NCBI GenBank assembly: GCA_964252035.1
Contig: OZ176208.1
DNA: 64,000 nt
Source of the DNA: Podarcis erhardii
Taxonomy: Eukaryota
Direction: 5' to 3' (one strand)
Shown here: piece after piece, positions 32,901-44,738 of the stretch
How positions within the stretch are numbered: position 1 is the stretch's first letter
Layout of the letters: each line of letters opens with the position of its first letter
Translations under genes and position numbers: made by a program
Notes under the pieces: generated by a model
Told to the model about the DNA's origin: nothing
What the model saw: the letters and a program-made list of their open reading frames with translations, nothing else
Database searches by the model: none

Positions 32901-33480
32901 TTGTAAAGCTAATAGCATGTGCTAGAATGTTACTTGGAAAATATTTCTTTATGAACAGGGCCCGGGGGGACCCATAACCTGCACCAAAAGAGCACATTAA
33001 GTCAAAAGGGGAAATGAGTACACTACAGAGTAAAAAGCCACTGACTCAACAAAATTATCATCATCACCATGAACAACAGCAGCAAGAGCAACAATTTTCT
33101 CAGCAAAGAAGGAGAATAGTGTTTGTGTAAACCAGTGTGTTGGTTCCTCCAAAATAAATGTCACTGGGACTGGTAGAGTTCATGGATAAGCTTGTCTGCT
33201 GCATACTTGAATGGTTTCTTGGCATGAGGCAAAGATTATTTTATTCTCCTAGGGCTTTTAACATCTCTTAATATCATTCAATCATAATGTTATTATTTTA
33301 TTTCAGCCTCTGCAGAATAATGGTAACTTGGTCAGTTTTTTACTTTTGTGGTCGGATTGGTTGATTGGCTCCTCCACACCACCTGTTTGTTCAGCATTGT
33401 CCCGATTCACTTGCGCAAAGATTTCGTGGAGAGGATTATATTTGGATTTTACTGAGCGTTTGTTATAATTTGTTTATAAG

Positions 33481-33682
33481 CAGGGGTACCAACTTGAATG
33501 AAATAGCATGGGGGGCAGGTAAGCTCTCCTCCACATAATCAATCACAAGATGCGGCACCCCCCCCCCCCAATTTGAATGGCAATGTTAATCAACTTTGGG
33601 CAAAGCCCAGCCCCCTCAAATATTTTACTGGTGGGATGGTGGCAGCGGAAGGGAGCTCTGCCTCTAGACGTTGGCTCCTATG
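33481..33682. mobile_element. hAT-type MITE
   Basis: Left caggggtaccaact, right gttggctcctatg; 8-bp flanks tttataag/tttaccag (6/8). Confidence 0.55.
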
Positions 33683-34258
33683 TTTACCAGGAAGTTATAA
33701 GACAAGGAGTATTCATCCTGGTTTACTTGCAGGCTATTTAAATGGCATCCCATGAGTCACTGATTGATCCCACACTTTTCAATGCATTTCCACATCTCTT
33801 TCGAAACCTCAAAATGATGTTTTTTTTTAAAGTTGATTTGTTGCACTAGTGCAACATGGCCCTTTACTGCTCTTGAAATGCTTGGACCTACAGTTCCAGT
33901 TTGTGTCTAAATCTCGCAAAATACAGTCTGGGGGCACCAGGATTTTATCTATTGCTAGATCGGTTTTATTGATTTGTTGCATGGTTTGTTTTAATTTTGT
34001 CTTCTTTTACTGTGCATGTCACTTGTGTGTGTCATTTCTAATGGGATTGCATAAATTGAAATAAATAAGTAAATAAACCAACAGGTTGTATTCCCAAGTC
34101 AGCTTGTATTGGATCACAGTCTAGATGCAATCTGAAACACACTTACTATTAAGCCCCTATTAACCACCTCTTTGTATGAAACCTCATATCAAAGCATTCT
34201 TAAAAATGTTATTATAAACACCTGATTCTGACCACTTTGCTTGCAACTTTCATGGTTG

Positions 34259-34289
34259 TTTTCTTCTTCTTCTTCTTCTTCTTCTTCTT

Positions 34290-34318
<29 letters not shown>
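34259..34318. repeat. (TTC)n microsatellite
   Basis: Direct reading. Confidence 0.95.
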
Positions 34319-34320
<2 letters not shown>

Positions 34321-35388
34321 ATAACCTTGAAATTGGAAGAACAACCAGGTTGGGCTTCTGGCACCCTTGATCTGATTTCTAATTCTGTGGCAATTTTTGA
34401 TAACCATAAGGGCTATAAGACTTTAAAAGAAAATGAAACAAGAATAAACAATGCTTCAGTTTTGAACTCCTACTTCTTCAGTCTACATCTGGAGAAGCAA
34501 ATCCTTTTGCTTTGATAACCAGTAAGCTAACAGTGTCTGTCATATACTGAAAGGTGAACTTTAAAAATCATCAGAGATTCAGACTGGGAAAACTGATCTG
34601 AATCTTATCCCTGCTTCTTACATTTGAAGAACTAGGATGAAAATCTCACTAGAGCTGATTTTCTCAACAACTATTGGGCGCACCACACATCTGGGGAGAT
34701 GCCTGGTGGGGAGGGTGTACCCAGCTTCTTTCATAGCTTCGTTCTTCTGCTATCTTCCTGAATGTGAAAGTGCAGAGGCTTATCAAATTGAAAATCTCTC
34801 TGGAAGAAAAACAGTCAGAGTAACCCCTGAAACCTCAAAAACGTCTCTGCTCAGGTTTGGGTTGAACTCTAGAAGACAATTTTATTTATATCGATTTGTT
34901 CATCATCAGCTCAAGGCAGACAGAAAGTTTTACTTTTGGGGAATGGAGGGCAAATAATGGAAGTATATGAAAAAAGCTTCCATCAAGATGGACGGAAACA
35001 TAGACACATACCAAGGATGGATCTAGACATAGGGTGGGGGGAATGCTACAATTAAGTCAGAAATTAAATCGTTATAACAAAAGAAAAAAAAACTGCTATG
35101 GAAAATCGCATAGATTTTTTTTTTTTTTACTCTCCAGTGCCATCTGATGTTGCATGTTTAAAATGCATTCAAAAAGCTGTTTTTCGACTAATGTAGCTGA
35201 ATCCTAAGTCTACATGTTGGGTGCTGGTGAATAATGTGAAAGGACCATTTTAAAATTTAGGAAAGTGTAACTTTTCAAATGGAGGTACTTATTATGAAAT
35301 GCATCAAACTTTCAGCTACAATTTTTAAGTACAGGACTTAATTTTATTTTGGACAAGCTCTGGAGATCCAGCAATAGGTACCTGATGA

Positions 35389-35615
35389 CATAAGAAGAGT
35401 CATGCTGGATTATGCCAAAGGTCCATCTAGTATAGAATCCTGTTCTTATGGTGGCCAACCAGCAGCCTATGAGAAGCCCACTTCTGTCTACACAGTATGG
35501 TAGAGGCTCTCCAGGGTTTCAGGCAAGGTTCTATCCTGGCCTGACCTGACATGTCAGGGATGGAACCTGGGACCTCCTGCAAGCAAAGCAGGTGCCTTTC
35601 AATTGTGCTACGGCC
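35389..35615 (-). mobile_element. Squam3-like SINE head and body joined to a CR1-type tail
   Basis: Right part is the reverse complement of a tRNA head (gtagcacaattgaaaggcacctgctttgcttgcaggaggtcccaggttccatccc); left part acataagaagagtcatgctggat..gtccatctagt matches the CR1 tail at 7263. Confidence 0.55.
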
Positions 35616-35669
35616 TTTCCAAAAGTTATAGTTCAAAACATCTGGAGGGCACCAGGTTGGGGAAATCTG
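35616..35669. mobile_element. Right half of palindromic hAT MITE
   Basis: gttatagttcaaaacatctggagggcaccaggttggggaaatctg, compare 25270-25314. Confidence 0.6.
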
Positions 35670-36600
35670 CCCATAGGGATCTCCCGGTCTAGGCTGCTTA
35701 CTTCTGAAACCCGACCAGAAAGTGTGACTTTCCCAACTGAGGATTCTTGAAGGTGTGTGGTGCATGATGATGTTGACATTAAGTGGAGCAGAGCGCATTC
35801 ACTTTACTCTTAATGACAGCTTTATTTTGCAGCTATTTTCCCTTTTGTCAGCAGAGAAGATCTTTAAGCTCCTGTAAAGGTGTCTGAAGCCTGTTCCATG
35901 ACTTTCTCACAATTGAGTAAAAGGAAAACTGAGGTATTTTGTTTATGGTTAAACAGCTGCAGTGACTCCCAAAAAGGAAACTTTATAGAGACACTTTCAT
36001 TTTAACAAAGCTCAGAAAACAAAGAGATGACTGGAAACTCTCTCTCTCTCTATATATATATACATACACACTTAATTACAGTCTGTTCCTACATGCCTAA
36101 TATTCTATTAATTCCAAAATAATTCCCATAATCCTTAAAAAGGGGGAAGAATGGAGCTACTCTGTTGTTACCTGTATTCCCACCAGTAATTATGAAGGCT
36201 AACAATGTCGAGTCTTCCATTTGCCAATATTATTATATTTATTAATCACTTCTTGGCAGTAGCAACCTGGTTTACAGTCAAGCTGAAAAGTGCAAGGATA
36301 GTAAAAAATACATTGAATCACAATATACAAGCCCCAGGAGGTGAAAAAATGGCCATCTTGTCACAGGCCTGTACAAATTGTAACCTATCATGTTAAAAAA
36401 ACAGAGCATCAACCATGTATTCTGAGTCTGCCAGGTTCTTGTCAAGCCCTGGGTGGTATCCATTGCCCTCATTCCATTAGCTCAAGGTTTTATGTTTGTG
36501 CTAATAGAACTTTCCCTCCTCTCATCTTCTTGTGCCTACCCCAGATGGTTGGGGAGCCGCCTGAAAATATTTAGAGGGCTTGCAGGGGGTGAGGGGAGAG

Positions 36601-37370
36601 ATCCTGGGGGAACTTCAACATCCATGCCAAGTCTGCCTCTGCAGGTGCAGCTTGAGATTTCATGGCTTCCAGGACTATCATGCAGCCATTACAGGCCCAA
36701 CTCACATGGCAGGACACACCCTTGATCTGGTGTTTGCTACAGAGTGAGCAGCTGCAAAGCCCTCGGTAGAGTGAGGGGAGGGTTGTAATAAGTCCATTGT
36801 CATTTACAGATCATCGTTCACTACTCTGGAGAAGGCCCATGGAAAGAACATTGAGGAGCACTCCAAATCATTTGCCTGTGTATGTGCAATAGAAAATAAG
36901 AGATCTACACTGGAGATTGATTGCTGCAATACATCCCTAATAATAACAACTGTATAATTATAAGATTGTATAATCTTAGAAGAGGGTGTGGCTGAGAGGG
37001 GCATGGCTCTGACTATCATGAAGGGATCTTGCACTTCTAAATTTGCTGCTACACTAAATGAGGCAGAATATGAGTGCCATAAATCCTGAGGTGAATCTGA
37101 CCAAACGCAAGAGCACATTATCATGCATATAATGTGATCCTGGTGGCGGTGAAGAAGGACTGCTTCTCCACCTTCACTGCATCCTCATCACCAGAGCTTT
37201 TCCTGCTGATTAAATCTCGGCTTGTTAAATCTCGCCAGAAAGTGGAGGTTTGGATGCCTATTATGACAGTTTTGCTAGGCACTTTACTTTGAGGAGCAGA
37301 TCATTGGGGTCTGCAGAGAACTGGATGCCACAGTTCACATAAGTCCAGTGGAGGCATCCATAGCACATCT
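36601..37370 (+). pseudogene. Decayed internal fragment of L2 ORF2 (AP endonuclease and downstream region)
   Basis: With frameshifts: LG(D)FNIHAK..DFMAS..ITGPTHMAGHTLDLVF..PLSFTDH (36601-36822), then VAVKKDCFSTFTASS.PELF and EQIIGVCRELDATV (37130-37335). Confidence 0.75.
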
Positions 37371-37396
37371 CATGAAGTGCTAGATAAATCCTATCT

Positions 37397-37634
37397 CATA
37401 CCCTACAACACACTGCAGGCAAAAATTGGGATACCATCTTCCAGGATGCCATCTTCCCAATTTTTCTTGCAAGAAGGCGACGGCCATTTTGGGTGTTGTG
37501 ATCTCATGCATTTTCGCTCCGCAGCCCCGAAATCACAGTGCAAAGCCACATGAGATCATGGAACCCAAAAAGGCTGCGATCCTCTGGTGAGAAAAAATGG
37601 GATCTCCTGGTTTTTCCAGGACATTTGCAGGGCC
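37397..37634. mobile_element. Second copy of CATACCCTCCAAC-TIR element
   Basis: Left cataccctacaac; right tcctggtttttccaggacatttgcaggg; 6-bp flanks ctatct (37391-37396) and ccatct (37635-37640). Confidence 0.6.
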
Positions 37635-38451
37635 CCATCTGTAGGTGCTTTGGAAAGACCAGTCTGCTTACAGCTGTAAGGGTTAAATAAATAAATAAGC
37701 CATGCCCCATCCTCTATCATGTTTTTCAGATCTCAGTTTATATTCTGGAATAAAAAGATAAATCCTTAAAATGAAGTAGTTCCCCCCTTCCCAATGAAAA
37801 GTCCATTGACATCAGGCATCTACGTATGATGACTATCAGCAGCACAAGATGGTAAGAGGAATTGCTGATATCATTATCTTTAGTAATACTGAAATGTGCC
37901 CATAAGACAGAAATCACCAAAAGGGTTAATGACTTTCCTCTGCATATATTAGATGGTTTAAAAAGGATATCTTGCATCATAATCAAATAGATGGCAAAGC
38001 AGACCTCTGGATTAATTGTGAGGTTAGGGGTGTTTCTTCCTTGTAAACTGAAGCTTTGAGTTTCACAACTGGCCACACCTTTGGAACCATAAGAGTTCTT
38101 GGTTTATTAGTCACTCCTGAAGATTTGTGGTGATGACACATATTGTGGAAACATTTCTGCAAGATAATTTAAATTGGCTATTTGTTTTGGGCTGTAAGAG
38201 GTGACAGTTGCCTAGATTTAAACAAGTCAATAAGCTTTTGAGGTCAGAGTGACTTCGAGGTTAACAGTTTACCTCATTTAAAAATTCCACAGACGCTGCT
38301 GAATGAATGAATGCATCCAGATTATTTAATTCTATGTTTTTGTCATCGTAACCATACCTAGGTCCTTTTTTTTGAGGCCTCCTTTTCTCCATTTTCTGTT
38401 GCAGGGGAAAGAACCATCTAGAAGCATCCTCTGAGGCCAACCTGGAAGAAA

Positions 38452-38603
38452 ATAATTTATTGTATCCTGCCTTTCCTCCTGTGAAATAAGTTAGACTGAG
38501 AGGTGGTGACTGGATCAAGGTTACCTTCATGTCTGAGTGGGGATTTGAAACCTGGAACTCCCATGTTTTAGTCCAATACTCTAGCCATGAAACTACCCTG
38601 GCT
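38452..38603 (-). mobile_element. MIR-like SINE, old
   Basis: Reverse complement has agccagggtagtttcatggctagagtattggac..gagttccaggtttcaaatccccactcag head. Confidence 0.55.
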
Positions 38604-38722
38604 AACAATGTATAAACTATAATTTGGCTGGGGAACAAGTAACTGGGCTTTGCCATCTTTGTCTGGCATTTAGTCAGCACTGTTGATGGGATGCCAAATA
38701 AATATTATTGCAGTGTATAGTA

Positions 38723-39060
38723 AGGTAAAGGGTAAAGACACCCCTGACCATTAGGTCCAGTCTTGGACGACTCTGGGGTTGTGGCGCTCATCTAGCTTTA
38801 CTAGCCAAGGGAGCTGGCGTACAACTTCTGGGTCATGTGCCCAGCATGACTAAGCCACTTCTGGTGAACCAGAGCAGCACATGGAAACACCGTTTACCTT
38901 CCTGCTGGAGTGGTACCTATTTATCTACTTGCACTTTGATGTGCTAGGTGGGCAGGAGCAGGGACCGAGCAACAGGAGCTCACCCCATCGTGGGGATTCG
39001 AACCGCTGTCCTTCTGATCGGTAAGCCCTGGGCTCTGGTTTAACCCACAGTGCCACCCGC
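38723..39060 (-). mobile_element. Full-length Sauria SINE with 10-bp TSD
   Basis: Reverse complement gcgggtggcactgtgggttaaacc...ggacctaatggtcaggggtgtctttaccctttacc; TSD gtgtatagta at 38713-38722 and 39061-39070. Confidence 0.93.
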
Positions 39061-39226
39061 GTGTATAGTAGGGAGAATTAAATGAGCAAAGTTGTTGTCT
39101 CCACAATAATGACAGCAATAATGTTGCTTCTGGATAATTGCCTTTAGTTTTGTCCAGCATTTGTTTGGGCATGATTTTTTCTTCATGAAGAAATGATTTT
39201 CTTCTTTATGAACACAATGTAAGAAA

Positions 39227-39560
39227 AGTCTGCTGGATAAAGCCAATAAGCTATCCAGTTTTCACATTGTCCAACCAGATGCCAATGGGAAGCTGGAAAG
39301 CAGGACCTGAGCACAACAGTTCTTTCCCCACTTGTGATTCTCAACAACTGGCATTCAGAGGCAGACTGCCTCTCACAGTGGAGGATAACAAGAGTCATCA
39401 TCTTTTAGAGCCATTCAGGTTGGTTGCCATCACTACATCTTATAGAAGCAAATTCCATAACTTAACTCTTCCTTCTAGTTTTATGAGAGGAGGAGAAAAC
39501 CTCTCTCTATCAACTTTCTCCCCACGATGCATAATTTTATACACCTCTATCAAGATTTAC
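39227..39560 (-). mobile_element. Old CR1 3' fragment
   Basis: taagaaaagtctgctggat..ccaaccagatgcc..ggttgccatcactacatctt..caactttctccccacgatgcataattttatacacctctat resembles the reverse complement of the CR1 ORF2 end and 3' UTR. Confidence 0.6.
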
Positions 39561-39640
39561 ATATTCCTTTAACTGTGAAGCTTCTAGTTTGAATCACTCT
39601 TTTACATGTGGTGCTTTCTTTTTCTTTTTCCATACCTACA

Positions 39641-40099
39641 GACTGGGAGCGGCCGCCAAGACCACATAACACCGGTCTTCAAAGGTCTACATTGGCTCCC
39701 AGTACATTTCCAAGCATACAATTCAAAGTGTTGCTGCTGATGTTTAAAGCCCTAAACAGCCTCGGTCCAGTATACCTGAAGGAGTGTCTCCACCCCATCG
39801 TTCTGCCCGGACACTGAGGTCCAGTGCCGAGGGCCTTCTGGTGGTTCCCTCACTGCAAGAAGCAAAGCTACAGGGAACCAAGCAGAGGGCCTTCTCGGTA
39901 GTGGCGCCCTCCCTGTGGAACGCCCTCCCACCAGATGTCAAAGAGAAGAACAACTACCAGACTTTTAGAAGACATCTGAAAACAGCCCTGTTTAGGGAAG
40001 CTTTTAATGTTTAACTGACCACTGTATTTTAATACTTTGTTGGAAGCCACCCAGAGTGGCTGGGGAAGCCCAACCAGATGGGTGGGGTTTAAATAATAA

Positions 40100-40143
<44 letters not shown>
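39641..40143 (+). mobile_element. 5'-truncated L2 LINE with (TTA)n tail
   Basis: Close paralogue of the 27064 copy; peptide LRSSAEGLLVVPSL..RAFSVVAPSLWNALP..FRRHLKTALFREAFNV. Confidence 0.95.
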
Positions 40144-40144
<1 letters not shown>

Positions 40145-41639
40145 GGAGAATGAATTATGAGGATACTGAGCACATGACTCTGTTACTTGGAGCATCTTCA
40201 CACAGTCCTGATTTGATGCCGCGGCAAATAATTCTGTGTACAGGCAGTTCCCAACATATACACATAGCCATTTCCAAGGTTTACGGCAGTACTTGGACCT
40301 TCAACGGATCCTACCAGCCTTCTCGAATTGCAGGGACCAGAGGCTAAAGGACCCTCCCCATGTTTACTGCAGGGATTGAATGCACTGAAACAGTACATCT
40401 GATCCCCTTTATTAGCGCTATGGATGAGTCCCAATAAGCTATCATAAGCTGCATCATAGTAGGGGCTACATTCCAATTTTCTAGCATGCCAGACCAAGGG
40501 CTTAGCTGGATTACCACTCTGCTGATTATGCTATTCCTTCCCAACAGAGACATGTTTAACTCATTGGGGAAATGGCAGGCTTTCTATGCTCTCTCCTAGC
40601 TGTCAAGGGTAGGCTGCCAGTCACTGGTTGTGTAACTTAGGCAACAAAGTACTGACATGGAGCCACAAGCAAACAAACGAATCCCAAACCCTTCCATTGC
40701 TTATTAAGAAGAATTATTGAAACACAGCTTCTGTAAAAATGTGGTGCTCATAGCCCTGAGATAAGATTTTCCCACAGAGCTATAATACTATTACAACCTA
40801 TTGATTATATGCATACCAAATAATTATGAATGAAAACATAACGGACCATGTATTTGTAATTACCATTTAAATTTTGTTGCTTCCTTTAATTGTTGGCTGT
40901 TGCTATTTGTTGTTTGATGTTGACAATTAGCTACACAGAAGTTAAAATAAAGATTTTTTTTTTTTAAAAAAAGAAAGAATTTGCACACTGAAATTTGTTG
41001 AGAAGCTTCAGCCCTATTTTTCAACATTTGCCATGCTTAGAAATGAACCACCTGCAAAACTTTTCACCTTCTACTTTGGAATGTGCTCTGGTGCTACCCA
41101 TTTTTTATCTCAGGAACTATAGTTTCAGCAAACAGCTGAAATGACACCCACAGCATAGGAAATCAAAAGAGACATGGGACCACCAAGGGATTGGCTACTT
41201 ACAGCACAATCCAAACCCAAGATCCACTGGGATGATGGAGTTTGGATTCAGTGGATCTTGGGCTATCCCAGCTGATCCAGGGCTACAACAGCATAAGTGC
41301 TTAACCCCTGTTAATCCAGGGATACGCTTAAGTCCCTCACCAGGCCTCATCTGATAGAATTTAAGCCTGCAGTGTATGGGCCTATGGCTGTAAATAAAAT
41401 TACTTACTTACTTACTTAAGCCTGCAGAACTTACATTGGTGTAAGTCCCCCCCCCCAAGGGGTATTCCAGAGATATGGTGGGACAGAGTAAGAACTTACA
41501 CCCATTCCAAACCCCATTAAGCTCAGCCACATGACCTTGCAACCCTGCAGAACCAAGCCAGCAAAAGGGATGGTATGTCAAATTCCTCCCAACTCCTTTC
41601 TATAGTTAGGATTGCTCTGTTAAAAAAACCAAAACCGCA

Positions 41640-41758
41640 GGCTTGTAGTCAAGTAATGTCTACTCAAAGTAGACCCACTGAAATTAATAGACCCAAGTTA
41701 GCCAGGTCCATGAATTTCAATTGGTTTACTCTATGTATAACTACCATGGGATGCAACC
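41640..41758. mobile_element. Short palindromic MITE (Chompy-like)
   Basis: tctactcaaagtagacccactgaaattaatagacc...atgaatttcaattggtttactct is near-palindromic; same family as 21632. Confidence 0.55.
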
Positions 41759-42042
41759 TCCAGTCTCTGATAGCGCAGGGAGCCTTTTTGTGTTCTGACC
41801 GCCAAAAATACAATCCCAACTCGACCTGATACCTTCACAGCACTGCACCTGCAAATAACAGCCATGCTCTTCCCATGCCATTAGAGAACCAAAGTCTTTT
41901 CTCTAGACAGCCAAAGACATCTTTGTGTGATGCATTATTCAGGGCAATACCATCTCTGATGTGCCCTGTTCTCTTGGGAACCACTTCTGAATGTCATATT
42001 TGCAGACTAGCGCTAAAGTATATTGAAATAGGTACCATGACT

Positions 42043-42240
42043 GGGGAGCTAAATGCTGCAGTGGGTTAATGCATTAACCTCTCACACCTGAAGACCTGGG
42101 GTTCAAATGAGGTTTAGGTCACACGCAGAATTATTGGTATCTCACTAAAGTGCCCAGTGGATATTTGTCTACCTCATGGTGAATTGCCAAATGATCTGTC
42201 TTCCTCAGCACGTATGACTATAGGCAAGGCTTGCGTGGAT
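42043..42240 (+). mobile_element. Ancient tRNA-headed SINE remnant (LF-SINE/AmnSINE-like class)
   Basis: ggggagct..gcagtgggttaatgcattaacctctcacacctgaagacctggggttcaaat has A- and B-box-like motifs; the body does not match the younger squamate SINEs in this window. Confidence 0.4.
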
Positions 42241-42384
42241 ATGCTGGAAGACTTGTAGTAGTATTAAATGTAGAAATGTTCTCCGCTTTTTCATGTGGAG
42301 CCTGTTGTAACCTAAGTTTAGCTGATCAAGATGTGCTGCATTCCCTTGAATGGGCCCTGAGGATCTAGATTTGGGCCCCAAATG

Positions 42385-42545
42385 CACTATACATTAAAAG
42401 CACTATCACACCACTTTAAACAGTCATGGCTCCCCCCAGAGCATCCTGGGAACTGTAGTTTGTTAAGGGTGGTGAAAGTAGTTAAGAGTCCCCTATTACC
42501 CTTACAGAGGTACAGTTCCCAGAGTTCCCTGGGATTATTTCTAAA
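42385..42545. mobile_element. Squamate MITE fragment (cagtcatggct..gggaactgtagt family)
   Basis: ccactttaaacagtcatggctccccccagagcatcctgggaactgtagtttg...tacagttcccagag internal inverted repeat; related to 58631-58807. Confidence 0.5.
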
Positions 42546-42725
42546 CACCTCTGGAAACATTCTACATGCTATTTGGTTGGATGGCTGTATCACAAAATTT
42601 GGGTAGGTGCAAATTTTTGAAGGCTCTAATATTGACCTGGGATACAAGGCGAGTTGTGTGAAAGCACCCAACAGAAAATCACCCTTTCCCTTTGAACATT
42701 GCCAGGTGGCATCGGAGGCCTGGTA

Positions 42726-42931
42726 AAAAAGGTACAAGGTAAAGGACGCAGGTGGCACTGTGGTCTAAACCACTGGAGCCTCTTGAGCTTGCCGATAGGA
42801 TGGCTGGCAGTTCAAATCTGTGTGACGGTGGTCAGCTTCTGTTGATCTGTCCCAGCTTCTGCCAAAGTAGCGGTTGGAAAGCACACCAGTGCAAGTAGAT
42901 AAGTAGGTACCACTGCAGGGAGAAGGTAAAC
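42726..42931 (+). mobile_element. Rearranged Sauria SINE (minus-strand tail plus plus-strand 5' half)
   Basis: aaaaggtacaaggtaaagg (reverse-complement tail) directly joins ggacgcaggtggcactgtggtctaaaccactg...gaaggtaaac; the 3' body is absent. Confidence 0.8.
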
Positions 42932-44282
42932 ATGTGAAAACACCCAACAGAAAAGGACCCTTTCCCTTTGAACACTGCCATGCAGCATAGAAAGTCTGGT
43001 ACATGGACTGCATAGCTGGCATTGGTGCCAACCAGCAGAATTTATCATGGGCTGCAGAACCCAGCATGCTCCAATTTGCCAGGACTGAATGCACTGAAAC
43101 GGCAATTCTGCCAGGCAGTTAGATCCAGCATTAGTGTTTGGATTTTTTGCATTGCCTTTACCCTTCTATCTCCCCACCGCCCACCAGGCCTGGTTCCCTC
43201 CCCTTCACTATACCTGCCAGTGATTACTGGAGTTTTAAAAAGCTTCTCATTTAGACGGAGAGCAAAGAACCAAAATATTCCATGCTTTTATTACTTTGGA
43301 GGTATTTGATCAAGGACGTTAAAACAAACTTAACACTGATACCCTCATTTGCCTAAAACTGCAGTAGATTTAGCTCAGAAAATAGCGAGTGTCACACGTC
43401 TGGCTTTAAAGCTTGAAATAATCTCTGCAGAACATTAGAAAAAACATCTGGGATCTTCCTTGTTTAAGTAAATCATGACACCAATTGGTTGAGGAATGAG
43501 GAGCTGCATCAATAAGAAAATGTGCCTTGGCTTTATCATCATCCAGTGCAATCCAGAGACAGGTCTGTCCTGCAGAATGATACATCATGTTAGGTTTAAA
43601 GTATAAACAGAGGCATTTCTAGCTCTCTGGTGTTGTTAGTGGCTGCTCCAGTGCATTGCCCCAGATTACAGGCATTTTCCCAAGGACATGATGTGCAAAC
43701 ATAATGTGAATTTGTCTATATTCAGAGTGTTAAGCCTGTCCTTCAAGTAGTCCAGGATGCAATTCGTATACCATTCCTGCAGTCGTGTTTCAGTGCTGTG
43801 TGTGATTGTTATTGGAGACACAGGTGGGTGATATTAGACTCTGGACGTAATAGTTTTATAGGGACGTTCATTCATCAGATGGTAATGTGGATTTACCACT
43901 TAAAGAATGTGCTAAGCAAATTCTGCTGTGTTTGGGGTGGGGTGGCCAGTGATGCATTGCCAAAAGGTAACACCAACATGCATGGATTTTGAATACAGTA
44001 ATGTATATGCATAGACACGCATTTGTAAAGAATTACTATAATTTAAAGAGAAATGCATAGTGGGGAAGATACCAGATGACTTGGGTGATGTTATCTTGAA
44101 AGTAGTCTCAGACTGGAGAGCCTTCAAACAGAGGACATATTCATGTGGAGGACTGACCTCAACAGCCCTTCAAAACAGAGGACCGCCCTCTGTAAAGTAG
44201 GACATATTGCCACCACATTTGGGGAGCCCTCCTAATTCAGCTAAGTAGGGCACTGGATTTTATGCCCATTACCAGAGAAATG

Positions 44283-44548
44283 GGGTGAGCTCCCGTTGCT
44301 CGGTCCCTGCTCCTGCTAACCTAGCAGTTCGAAAGCACGTCAAAGTGCAAGTAGATAAATAGGTCTGGCGGGAAGGTAAACAGCATTTCCATGCGCTGCT
44401 CTGGTTCACCAGAAGCGGCTTTGTCATGCTGGCCACATGACCTGGAAGCTGTACGCCGGCTCCCTTGGCCAATAAAGCGAGATGAGCACCACAACCCCAG
44501 AGTCAGCCATGACTGGACCTAATCGTCAGGGGTCCCTTTACTTTTACC
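44283..44548 (+). mobile_element. 5'-truncated Sauria SINE with 14-bp TSD
   Basis: gggtgagctcccgttgctcggtccctgc...ggggtccctttacttttacc; TSD ttaccagagaaatg at 44269-44282 and 44549-44562. Confidence 0.93.
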
Positions 44549-44584
44549 TTACCAGAGAAATGATCCAGTCAGAGATGTACTTCT

Positions 44585-44738
44585 AGGAAGAACTGGCACA
44601 ACCAACCTCCTTCCTTGGAGGTTTTTAAGCAGAGGTTGGATGGCCATCTGTCATGGATGCTTTGGCTGAGATTCCTGCATTGCAGAGGGTTGGGCTAGTT
44701 GACCCTTGGGCCCCTAGAATCATAAATTATATGATTCT
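44585..44738 (+). mobile_element. CR1 3' UTR fragment
   Basis: ccttccttggaggtttttaagcagaggttggatggccatctgtcatggatgc..gattcctgcattgcag matches the reverse complement of 13230-13320. Confidence 0.8.

Noticed and set aside
34637-34957. 106-aa ATG-initiated ORF
   Set aside because: No recognisable domain or splice context; this length is expected by chance in 64 kb over six frames.
40378-40392. 15-bp match tgaatgcactgaaac shared with ~43086-43100
   Set aside because: Too short, and the flanks do not extend the match.
40780-40975. Possible plus-strand L1 3' UTR with AATAAA and T/A run
   Set aside because: No TSD or coding remnant found; cannot be distinguished from AT-rich background.
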